Of a stretch of 64,000 bases of DNA, positions 48,638 to 56,529 are shown piece after piece (position 1 is the first letter of the stretch; every line of letters starts with the position of its first letter). Source of the DNA: a virus (lineage: Duplodnaviria; Heunggongvirae; Uroviricota; Caudoviricetes). The notes below the pieces were generated by a model, which saw nothing but the letters and a program-made list of their open reading frames with translations, made no database searches and was not told the origin of the DNA. The position numbers were made by a program, and so were the translations under genes. The stretch lies in the IMG/VR virus record IMGVR_UViG_3300045016_000151, positions 82,078-146,077 of that record. One strand, given 5' to 3'.

Positions 48638-49852
48638 TTGTACCAAAAAAGCAAAACAGGAAAAATTAAAGTATTAGAATTCTGGACTGTAAAAGAAAAA
48701 TTCTATACTCGTTGGGGGCAATTAAACGGTAAACAGCAAGAAACTGTGAAGGTATGTGTGGGAATGAATATCGGTAAAGCTAATGAAACTACACCTGCAG
48801 AGCAGGCATTGGCAGAGATGGAAGCCAAGATCGTAATTAAGAAAAAAGAAGGTTACGATACAAAGATGCCTTCAGTTACCTCATCAATAGTGCAAACTGT
48901 TATTGATCTGGATAATATACCAGAAGCATTTTGTCCTAATAAACCTATATCTAAAACACCACAATCAATTATTGATGGTAAAAATACGTATGGACAAAGA
49001 AAATTCGATGGGCATTGCTTATTCTTGGTTAAAGGCAAAACTACCGAAAAAGTATTTTCACGTCGTATGGAAGATCGTACAGACGTATTAATACAGTTAC
49101 CGCCTATAAAAAAATTATTGGCTATACTACCAAGTGAAACGTTTTTATTAACCGAATTTATATATTATAACAACACAACAAAACGTGAATCGCCTAGACA
49201 TGTAGCGCAGGTTGTTCGTAAAGATGATGCTGCGGAGGCTATATCGCGTTATAACGAGTTATCAAAAGATGGACAATTCAACTGTATCCCCTTCGATGTC
49301 CTATTCTTCAAAGGAGATTTTGTCGGAAATAGAGAATATACTAAACGATTCGAATTACTCAAATCTATCAATATCAACGTGCCCCCCATATACACAGATT
49401 GGAAGGAGCTACTTCAATTTGCCGAAGAAGAAAATTGGGAGGGTTTTGTCCTTCGTGTGCCAGGTGAGAAATCATATATCTCTTATACAATGGATGGAGA
49501 AGCACATCGAGCGGGAAGTTATAAATACAAATTTCTCAAAACTGATGACTTTTTTGTCACAGAATGGCTTAAGGGAAAATCCGGAAAACACGCCAATTTT
49601 TATGCGAAGTTTGCTGTGGCACAATACGACTCCAAAGGCACCATTATCGATCGTGGATATGTCGGCCCTGGTAAACTAACTCACGATGAACTAGCACAAC
49701 TTACAAAGGATCTAAATTCTGGTAAAGTAAAAAAGAACTTTGTAATCGAAGCTGAATATCAGGATATTCAAGATTCTGGAAAATTACAGTTTGGAATAAT
49801 TCAGCGACTACGACCAGATAAAATACACACAGAATGCGTGGTTGAAGAATGA
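48638..49852 (+). CDS. ATP-dependent DNA ligase with N-terminal WGR-like domain
   Basis: TRWGQLNGK, KFDG motif I, FDVL, EGFVLR, YKYKF, C-terminal OB fold. Confidence 0.8.
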   Translation: MYQKSKTGKIKVLEFWTVKEKFYTRWGQLNGKQQETVKVCVGMNIGKANETTPAEQALAEMEAKIVIKKKEGYDTKMPSVTSSIVQTVIDLDNIPEAFCPNKPISKTPQSIIDGKNTYGQRKFDGHCLFLVKGKTTEKVFSRRMEDRTDVLIQLPPIKKLLAILPSETFLLTEFIYYNNTTKRESPRHVAQVVRKDDAAEAISRYNELSKDGQFNCIPFDVLFFKGDFVGNREYTKRFELLKSININVPPIYTDWKELLQFAEEENWEGFVLRVPGEKSYISYTMDGEAHRAGSYKYKFLKTDDFFVTEWLKGKSGKHANFYAKFAVAQYDSKGTIIDRGYVGPGKLTHDELAQLTKDLNSGKVKKNFVIEAEYQDIQDSGKLQFGIIQRLRPDKIHTECVVEE

Positions 49853-50012
49853 ATGGAAAACGAGCTAAGGCTTTGCGTAAGAAAGCCTATAAAATAACAA
49901 AAGATGCGCCTTGGGTAGAATATTACGATAAAAAATCAGTTCCATTAGTAATGAAACCCACTTGCACAAGAAAAGTGTATCAACTATTGAAAGCCAAATA
50001 ATTGGCTTTCTT

Positions 50013-50099
50013 GGAGAGTGTCCGGTTTGGTCGAGGAACCAATCTTGAAAATTGCGCGCGGCATTATGTCCGTCTGGGGTTCGAATCCCTAACTCTCCG
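50013..50099 (+). tRNA. tRNA-Ser(TGA)
   Basis: Class II cloverleaf; hairpin 49990-50010 upstream. Confidence 0.85.
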
Positions 50100-50103
50100 C
50101 ATA

Positions 50104-50192
50104 GGAAAGTCTGACCTCATTGGTGCGGGGCCTGGTCTCGAAAACCAGTAGGCGTGTAGTGCGCCATAGGAGTTCGAATCTCCTACTTTCCG
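50104..50192 (+). tRNA. tRNA-Ser(CGA)
   Basis: Class II cloverleaf. Confidence 0.85.
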
Positions 50193-50193
50193 C

Positions 50194-50508
50194 ATGAGAC
50201 AATATCTTATTATAAAAACTAAAACAAATGGTATAGTGGCAATAGTAGCCTCGGAAAATAATGTATTACGTGTAGTATTTGCATATACTAATAATTTAAG
50301 AATTGCGTTGGAAGAGACTATTAAACATGGTCTACATAAAAGAAGATTCGTCACGAAAACTAAATTGATAACTATTAATGCATCACCAAAAGACGCCGAC
50401 TTTTTGAAAAAGCTAAAACAATATTTAATATTGTCGTTTGATTATGACGTAAAATTAATGGAGATAAAAAATGAACATATACAGCATGACGACAGAAAAC
50501 ATGACTGA
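50194..50508 (+). CDS. hypothetical protein
   Basis: ATG 1 nt after tRNA. Confidence 0.55.
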   Translation: MRQYLIIKTKTNGIVAIVASENNVLRVVFAYTNNLRIALEETIKHGLHKRRFVTKTKLITINASPKDADFLKKLKQYLILSFDYDVKLMEIKNEHIQHDDRKHD

Positions 50509-50716
50509 GTTTGCAAACCAAGTAAAGGAAGTGCTTGTTAACAATCTATTAGAAAATAAAGTTATAACTAAAGAACAACATGCACTCGTATCAGAAGATT
50601 ATTGTGTAGTAGTTACACCTAAAGACATATTAGGACGAGTTTTTGATAAAGTACGAAATCGGAAAGATACAGAAAAGCTACTAATAACTGTTTTAAAAGG
50701 ACAGCATGTAAAATGA
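50471..50716 (+). CDS. hypothetical protein
   Basis: GGAG SD. Confidence 0.55.
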   Translation: MNIYSMTTENMTEFANQVKEVLVNNLLENKVITKEQHALVSEDYCVVVTPKDILGRVFDKVRNRKDTEKLLITVLKGQHVK

Positions 50717-50925
50717 GTACATTGTTGGCTACATTTCATAAACCAATAAATTGTCGGGCGATAAATCCAAAATTCCAGGACGAAGAATCTGCAAAAGTGA
50801 TTGCAATACAAACAGAAACGGGCACCGACAAAAATGGTACATTAAATATTTATACTTCATATTTAGTAGTATTTCATAATATGAATTTGTGGATGGATAG
50901 CATAGAAGTTAAACTGCAACCTTAA
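50713..50925 (+). CDS. hypothetical protein
   Basis: ATGA-coupled. Confidence 0.5.
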   Translation: MSTLLATFHKPINCRAINPKFQDEESAKVIAIQTETGTDKNGTLNIYTSYLVVFHNMNLWMDSIEVKLQP

Positions 50926-50932
50926 AATAAAA

Positions 50933-51014
50933 GCGCAAATGGTGGAACTGGCAGACACACCATCTTGAGGGGGTGGCGGAGAAATCCATAAGGGTTCGAG
51001 TCCCTTTTTGCGCA
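50933..51014 (+). tRNA. tRNA-Leu(GAG)
   Basis: Class II cloverleaf. Confidence 0.88.
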
Positions 51015-51043
51015 CAATCATAAACTAAATAAAAAGGTATATT

Positions 51044-51583
51044 ATGGAAAGCAAAAGATTGTTATTTCAACGTGAAATAGAAACATCTATCAACGATATT
51101 CGGGATTACAGTGATTTTATATTTGCAGTTGGTTTGGATATAAAGGAACTCACACCAGAGGTGTTGAAACTAGATATTATACCAACAATGATAATTTCAA
51201 CATCCGCGTTTAACGCATTGGCCAAAATGAATATCCCAAAAGATTTTCTGGATAAATTAAAACAGGCTTCAATGTATACTTGTCCTTGGACTGAAAATAC
51301 GTATTTCGGTACATTACCGATAGCAGTGGCAACATTTAATAAAAACAATTATAAAGACTTATTAACGGATTATCAATTAGACACCGAATTTCATCTCAGT
51401 ATGAATGGCGGCGATGTTAAGAAATTACTTATTCCAAACCTTGTAGAATTATCATTTATAGGGCATGGTTATACGTCTGCAACACTTCCCAGCGATGGTT
51501 CCCATACACTAGTACTTTGTACGATTGAATTACCTAATAAAGATTTTGCTATCTGTTTAACTTATGCATGGCACAACAAATGA
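51044..51583 (+). CDS. hypothetical protein
   Basis: AAGG SD. Confidence 0.65.
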   Translation: MESKRLLFQREIETSINDIRDYSDFIFAVGLDIKELTPEVLKLDIIPTMIISTSAFNALAKMNIPKDFLDKLKQASMYTCPWTENTYFGTLPIAVATFNKNNYKDLLTDYQLDTEFHLSMNGGDVKKLLIPNLVELSFIGHGYTSATLPSDGSHTLVLCTIELPNKDFAICLTYAWHNK

Positions 51584-52281
51584 TCAGAATATTTCAAGTT
51601 GGTGGTAGTGTTAGAGATTTAATATTACGCGTTAAGTCAAAAGATATTGATTATGCAGTAGTAGCAGTTTCTTGGGAAGAAATGAGAAATTATATTCTTG
51701 CCAAAGGCAAAATATATCTCGAGACCCCAGAATACTTCACTATCCGTGCTCATATAGATGGTTTTGGTGATGCTGATTTTGTGTTATGTCGAAAGGATGG
51801 TAACTATTCAGACGGTCGTAGACCTGATACTGTTGAGTTGGGCACATTGTATGACGATCTAGCCAGACGTGATTTCACAATGAATGCTATTGCGATCGAC
51901 ATGCAAGATCCAAAGCGTCCTTTTATTGACCCGCATGGTGGGTTGATTGACATACAAAATAATCTCATTAAATGTGTTGGTAAGCCCGAAGATCGCTTCA
52001 ATGAAGATGCTTTACGCATGCTACGCGCGTTAAGATTTGCCGTAACCAAAAAAATGCAGATCGACTTATCAGTAGAAGCATGTTTTGGTAATCGTGAGTT
52101 ATTAAACAAATTGAATAATCGTATTTCTTGGGAACGTAAAAAAGACGAATTGTTTAAAATGTTCAAAACAAGTACAACACGAACTTTTGAATTGTTTGAT
52201 CGATACCCATCAATGCGCGACGTATTACTTTCTGATGACAAACCTTTGTGGCTTGAACCAACTTTACGAGCACGCCCATGA
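51580..52281 (+). CDS. short tRNA nucleotidyltransferase (CCA/poly(A) polymerase family)
   Basis: VGGSVRD, DID, DLARRDFTMNA, EDALRMLRALRF; no HD domain. Confidence 0.88.
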   Translation: MIRIFQVGGSVRDLILRVKSKDIDYAVVAVSWEEMRNYILAKGKIYLETPEYFTIRAHIDGFGDADFVLCRKDGNYSDGRRPDTVELGTLYDDLARRDFTMNAIAIDMQDPKRPFIDPHGGLIDIQNNLIKCVGKPEDRFNEDALRMLRALRFAVTKKMQIDLSVEACFGNRELLNKLNNRISWERKKDELFKMFKTSTTRTFELFDRYPSMRDVLLSDDKPLWLEPTLRARP

Positions 52282-52844
52282 AACTAGGAATATTTGGTGG
52301 CAGTTTTGATCCGCCGCACGCTGGACATTTATGGTTGTGTAGAAGTGCTCAGGAATTATATCATTTGGATAGTATAGCTATGGTGCCTAATGCGCTTTCT
52401 CCATTAAAGGATCATAAACATACAGAAGCTCATCATATAGTCGCTATGACACGATTAACGGCGTTCGAATGCGAAAGTACTTATTGTGATACAACAGAGA
52501 TTTGCCGTGATAAGGTATCATATACTATAGACACTGTAAAATTATTTAAAGATCATTATCCAGAAGATGATTTATATTTGCTGTTAGGTGGTGATTCATT
52601 ATTAGATTTTTACCGTTGGAAGGACCCTAATGAACTTGTAGAGATTATCGGGCACGAACATATTTTAGTGGCTGAACGAAGTACTGCACCTCTGATGGCA
52701 CATAAGTTTCGGTCGCTACCTATGCCCTACATACAAGTGAGTTCAACGGATATTCGTAATCGAATAAAAAATCATTTGACAATAAAAGGATTAGTAGTTG
52801 ATTCGGTGCGTGAATATATAATCGAACGTAAGCTGTATCTATAA
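52278..52844 (+). CDS. nadD: nicotinate-nucleotide adenylyltransferase
   Basis: GGSFDPPHAGH, SPLK, SYTIDT, LLGGD, W, SST.IR. Confidence 0.92.
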   Translation: MKLGIFGGSFDPPHAGHLWLCRSAQELYHLDSIAMVPNALSPLKDHKHTEAHHIVAMTRLTAFECESTYCDTTEICRDKVSYTIDTVKLFKDHYPEDDLYLLLGGDSLLDFYRWKDPNELVEIIGHEHILVAERSTAPLMAHKFRSLPMPYIQVSSTDIRNRIKNHLTIKGLVVDSVREYIIERKLYL

Positions 52845-52848
52845 TTAT

Positions 52849-52922
52849 AGAGCTATCGTACAATTGGTTTAGTACACAAGACTTTGGATCTTGGAATCGG
52901 AGTTCGAATCTCTGTAGCTCTG
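52849..52922 (+). tRNA. tRNA-Gln(TTG)
   Basis: Cloverleaf. Confidence 0.88.
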
Positions 52923-52929
52923 CATTTTT

Positions 52930-53002
52930 TGGGATGTAGTTCAATTGGTGGAACGTCAGTCTCTGGAACTGAATGATAAAGGTTCGAGTCCTTTCATCCC
53001 AG
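52930..53002 (+). tRNA. tRNA-Gln(CTG)
   Basis: Cloverleaf. Confidence 0.88.
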
Positions 53003-53005
53003 CGT

Positions 53006-53293
53006 ATGAAACAAATTTTATATTATGAAATGGACTACATGGAATTTGATAAATTAGTTAATAAACATATTCCAGCGTTTAAAGGTGATTACGAATTTGT
53101 GGCCTGTCATGAAGCAAATAATTATGCAGCATATACTTTTAATGTTGAAATGCCTAAAGATGACAAGTCATATTTAGATATTGAGCGTAAAATCCTATTA
53201 GGAGAAGATCGATATACGCGTTATATATTAATGTATTTGGTAAAACTCGGTGTACTGGCGCCAGGAAATTATTTAATAAACGTATTTTGGTAA
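53006..53293 (+). CDS. hypothetical protein
   Basis: ATG 3 nt after tRNA. Confidence 0.55.
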   Translation: MKQILYYEMDYMEFDKLVNKHIPAFKGDYEFVACHEANNYAAYTFNVEMPKDDKSYLDIERKILLGEDRYTRYILMYLVKLGVLAPGNYLINVFW

Positions 53294-53295
53294 TT

Positions 53296-53370
53296 GCAAA
53301 AGATCGTCTAATATGAATAAGACAGCGGAGTACATCCGCTAAATAGTAGATTCAAAACCTACCTTTTGCT
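53296..53370 (+). pseudogene. degenerate tRNA-like element
   Basis: Acceptor GCAAAAG/CTTTTGC, D and T arms present; anticodon arm AGCGGA-GTACA-TCCGCT lacks a U33 loop. Confidence 0.6.
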
Positions 53371-53372
53371 TC

Positions 53373-53546
53373 ATGTATAATTTTAAACGTGGTGATAAGG
53401 TTGTAGATATATTAGACGGTCAGAAAGGCATTGTTATGCGTTATGCTTCTGAAGACCGTGATAATTATACTTATGTACAAGTAAGATGGGAAAATGGTGA
53501 TACAACAATAATAAGAGAAATGGAATTAGTATATGATAAACACTAA
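53373..53546 (+). CDS. small SH3-like hypothetical protein (57 aa; not in track)
   Basis: FKRGDKV....G..G.V...V.V.W; ATG 2 nt after tRNA-like element. Confidence 0.55.
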   Translation: MYNFKRGDKVVDILDGQKGIVMRYASEDRDNYTYVQVRWENGDTTIIREMELVYDKH

Positions 53547-53820
53547 ACAATCCTGCGGCGAAGCAAAGGCTACAAACATAATGGAAGGTAGTTTGTATAA
53601 ACTGCAGACATTACAAGATGAAACACAGGCAATAATTAACACGATCGCAGAAAAAACCGAGTCAATTCGGCAACAATTGCCGAAGGAAGCTATATTGGAT
53701 ATGGGATGCAATAAAGGTATAAATACTTCAAAAATACAAAATATACTACAAGATCGTATTAGTCAACAAGATCTTATCGTAAAATTATTGCAGGAATTAC
53801 TTTCAGAGTTAATTATATAA
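53533..53820 (+). CDS. coiled-coil hypothetical protein
   Basis: ORF. Confidence 0.5.
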   Translation: MINTKQSCGEAKATNIMEGSLYKLQTLQDETQAIINTIAEKTESIRQQLPKEAILDMGCNKGINTSKIQNILQDRISQQDLIVKLLQELLSELII

Positions 53821-53826
53821 TACAAT

Positions 53827-54049
53827 ACATAGAATACGAGTATAGACGAACTGGAAAATTTCTCGTAGCGTAGAGTCACTCCATAACGCCCAGATATACA
53901 CGGAATCTGGGGTCGCGGTCAAAGCCCTAAATGCAATGCATACCTGAGTCCAGTTAGGCTGTAATTAGATAATGGTTATAATTACAATTGACAGGCCAAT
54001 AGGGAGGAGAAAACCTTTTCACGGTGACATCGGAAATCCGTGACTATGT
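53827..54049 (+). ncRNA. unclassified pseudoknotted RNA candidate (about 220 nt)
   Basis: ACATAG/CTATGT ends; TACGAG/CTCGTA; AACTGGA/TCCAGTT; CCCAGAT/ATCTGGG; TGTAATTA/TAATTACA; TCACGG/CCGTGA. Confidence 0.55.
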
Positions 54050-54051
54050 GT

Positions 54052-54123
54052 GCCGGCTTAGCTCAGCGGTAGAGCAGGGCACCTGTAATGCTCAGGTCGG
54101 GGGTTCAAATCCCTCAGTCGGCT
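54052..54123 (+). tRNA. tRNA-Thr(TGT), C33
   Basis: Cloverleaf, loop CC-TGT-AA. Confidence 0.88.
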
Positions 54124-54145
54124 CAGAAAAATATACAATTGTATA

Positions 54146-54218
54146 GCCAGCTTAGCTCAATTGGTGGAGCAGTGCTTTCGTAAAGCAAAGGTCAAGAGTT
54201 CGACTCTCTTAGTTGGCT
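54146..54218 (+). tRNA. tRNA-Thr(CGT)
   Basis: Cloverleaf. Confidence 0.88.
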
Positions 54219-54222
54219 CGTT

Positions 54223-54555
54223 ATGAAATTCCACATACCAAAAGAAAACATACCTTATCGTATTATGCGAGATATTGAAATAGAATTAGTGGGTCTTGAT
54301 AGTGATAGTCGAAAGAAAATGCAGACGCGTGGATTTCAAGAGACATTTCACACTGATCCTTTTTACTTACATGCGAAAGATATAATAAAAATCACTACTT
54401 GGAGCAATAAACAGGAATATGTGAAGATTCGTATATTATCCTCTAGTGATAAACTATATGAAAAATTATGTGGATATGTTCGAGATCCTTCGAATGATCC
54501 AAGTTCAACATTTGACTTTTTAAATGATGTTGAAATAGAAGAAATTCCGGTATAA
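54223..54555 (+). CDS. hypothetical protein
   Basis: ATG 4 nt after tRNA. Confidence 0.6.
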   Translation: MKFHIPKENIPYRIMRDIEIELVGLDSDSRKKMQTRGFQETFHTDPFYLHAKDIIKITTWSNKQEYVKIRILSSSDKLYEKLCGYVRDPSNDPSSTFDFLNDVEIEEIPV

Positions 54556-54585
54556 GATTATGTGGCAGAGGCGACTCTACCGCAC

Positions 54586-54614
54586 TTGCGTTTAATGTAT
54601 TAATTTAGTATATT
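54586..54614 (+). promoter_or_regulatory. sigma70-type promoter for tmRNA
   Basis: TTGCGT-17 nt-TATATT; tmRNA G1 lies 6 nt downstream. Confidence 0.6.
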
Positions 54615-55120
54615 AATTTGGGCTCGACAGGAATCGATTGAATGAGATGTAGTATAAATGCATAGCGTCAGTGAACCGATGACGTAAAATCCGTTTAAAC
54701 AATAAGTGCAGAAGAAAAATCTGACATGACTTTTGAACAGGCTTTGGCACTAGTCGAAGTACCTGTAGCCGTAATGGCCTAATCGCTGACAAGAGAACTC
54801 GATAGCAAGGCCCCAATTGCTATGAGTGCGATAAACGGGGATGTAGGCCACTTGTCCGAATACAAGTAAGTCCTAAGTATGTAGTTGTAGCAGACGACCG
54901 ACTAAAAATACAACTAACTATGTGAATGAATTTTTATTAAATCCATGCAAGACCGGGGTTCGACTTAGTATTAGGTCGCTTATATAGAAATATATATGAC
55001 AAAAGAAAGCTCAAACGGCGAAACCCCTGCTAATAGCGAGGTAACACCGTCGGGTATGTAAAGAAATTTAACAGCTCGCTATCGACTTATAGAACTCTAA
55101 AGTATAAAAACTATGAGTTA

Positions 55121-55543
55121 CTAGGATAGTTGGAAAAATTCTTTTTCAAATTGTTTTTTTCGTCGTATTTGTTCTTTGGTGTATTTACCGTTGCGAACAG
55201 TCAATTTAGCATAATATCTTATAATGAATTTCATCCGACGTGATTTCTTTGGATGTCTAATATAAGGCAATAATTTATGCATTACGTCTATTGCATCAGC
55301 ACGAGTTATTTTCCAACTATATGCAATCATGTAATTTCGCTTTTGACGGCCATGATTACAAATAATTCCGCCAAAATATCGTTGTAACGGTAATAAAATT
55401 TCTAAACACGTATTAGCTACAGATAACACAGGTGATCTGTACTCTCCGGAGTGATTATGTGTTAATGTAACTGAACCCTCACCATCGACGATGCCGGCGG
55501 TCCAACTATAAATGCTTTCTATCTTCGTAGTCTTTTTGGACAT
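55121..55543 (-). CDS. single-motif LAGLIDADG homing endonuclease, antisense within intron
   Basis: WTAGIVDGEGSV motif; AGGAG SD before MSKK. Confidence 0.88.
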   Translation of the reverse strand: MSKKTTKIESIYSWTAGIVDGEGSVTLTHNHSGEYRSPVLSVANTCLEILLPLQRYFGGIICNHGRQKRNYMIAYSWKITRADAIDVMHKLLPYIRHPKKSRRMKFIIRYYAKLTVRNGKYTKEQIRRKKQFEKEFFQLS

Positions 55544-55567
55544 GGTAATCTTTTCTCCTATATCCAA

Positions 55568-55596
55568 AATATACTAAAAGATAAGGGAATAGTCAA
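55568..55596 (-). promoter_or_regulatory. antisense promoter for intron endonuclease
   Basis: TTGACT-17 nt-TATATT on minus strand; -35 box overlaps P7 3' strand. Confidence 0.6.
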
Positions 55597-55709
55597 GTCT
55601 AAAATGAAAATTTTAGAGTTACTGCCCCGCGAGTCCACCAAGGAGGTTTCTTTTCGTAGTACGTTATACTTCCTCCGTTCAAAATAAATAAAGGAAAACG
55701 TACCAAGAC

Positions 55710-55784
55710 TGCGGGGTACGTTGGAAATGGTCCCCACGAGAGTCTCATAAGCTCTGCATGCAGGTTCAAGTCCTGTCCCCGCTA
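55710..55784 (+). tRNA. tRNA-Met/Ile2(CAT), atypical D arm
   Basis: Acceptor TGCGGGG/CCCCGCT (1:72 mismatch), CT-CAT-AA loop, good T arm; weak D stem. Confidence 0.65.
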
Positions 55785-55787
55785 CAA

Positions 55788-55895
55788 ATCGGCCGGATCG
55801 AGATTGTTATCATAGATTCGACTTCTATTTCTCCCGCCAAGAAAAAATTTGGGAGAAAGCGCAATGGACGCACTCAGTCTCACAACATTGCCGAT
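55788..55895 (+). ncRNA. YrlA-type Y RNA candidate 3 (108 nt)
   Basis: ATCGGC(C)GG/TTGCCGAT bulged-C helix; T arm, acceptor TTCTCCC-GCCA...GGGAGAA, D arm in permuted order. Confidence 0.75.
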
Positions 55896-56178
55896 CTATT
55901 TTTAAGGAAAATAAATGACTGCGTTATTCGTTATTTTCACTATAATTGTTTCAGTGCTTATTGATCTGGCTGTTCAAGCACATCGTAAACATAAATCATT
56001 AAAAACAAAGCCAGAGATTTATTTACATGATCCAACACTCACTATGTGTGATGGCGGACAATTAAAGGAACAAGATATGAAATAGGGCTATATCAATACC
56101 TCGTAAACTCACCAGTTTATAATATTAATAACCGCGACAATAAGTCGCTATATATTTTTACTAAAACTGGAGTTTACA

Positions 56179-56529
56179 ATGACAAAAGAACAATACAATC
56201 AACTAAAATCCGAGCTTAAAATCTTAGCTCAATTTCTTCATTACGACAACTATAATTCACGTGCCTACCAATCACAAAATGCCGGTGGCAAAAAGAAACC
56301 AAAAGAAATACCAGAACAATTAGAAAAGCAATTTAAGGAATTAAATATAAGTCCTTGGAGAGCTCACTATGAGTATAGACATAAACACATATTTATGTCT
56401 TTACAACGTGGTAAAAAACGTGAACAAATCGAAAGACCAAGACAAGGTAACGAACCCGATGAAAATTACATCAAAAAACTTGTGGAGCAGTATGAAACAG
56501 TTGAACAGACTGTATGTGTTAGTGCGTGA
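56179..56529 (+). CDS. hypothetical protein
   Basis: GGAG SD; overlaps the PTH2-like gene. Confidence 0.65.
   Translation: MTKEQYNQLKSELKILAQFLHYDNYNSRAYQSQNAGGKKKPKEIPEQLEKQFKELNISPWRAHYEYRHKHIFMSLQRGKKREQIERPRQGNEPDENYIKKLVEQYETVEQTVCVSA

Larger units (their letters stand above)
54966..55624 (+). mobile_element. group I intron in tmRNA T loop (659 nt)
   Basis: TTCGACT|...G|CCCCG; P3 AGCTC/GAGTT, P4 AACGGCG/ACCGT, P7 GACTTA/TAGTC. Confidence 0.85.
54620..55640 (+). ncRNA. ssrA: tmRNA, exons 54620-54965 and 55625-55640
   Basis: GGGCTCG/CGAGTCC-ACCA with G3.U70; GGAATCGA D loop; ATAAGT-GCA resume; tag (A)AEEKSDMTFEQALALVEVPVAVMA*. Confidence 0.9.

Noticed and set aside
55758-55964. 68-aa ORF in the track (also starts at 27762, 28358, 29146, 31734, 33895, 42343, 44345, 46782, 52973)
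   Set aside because: These starts run through tRNA or ncRNA sequence; real starts, where they exist, lie after the RNA
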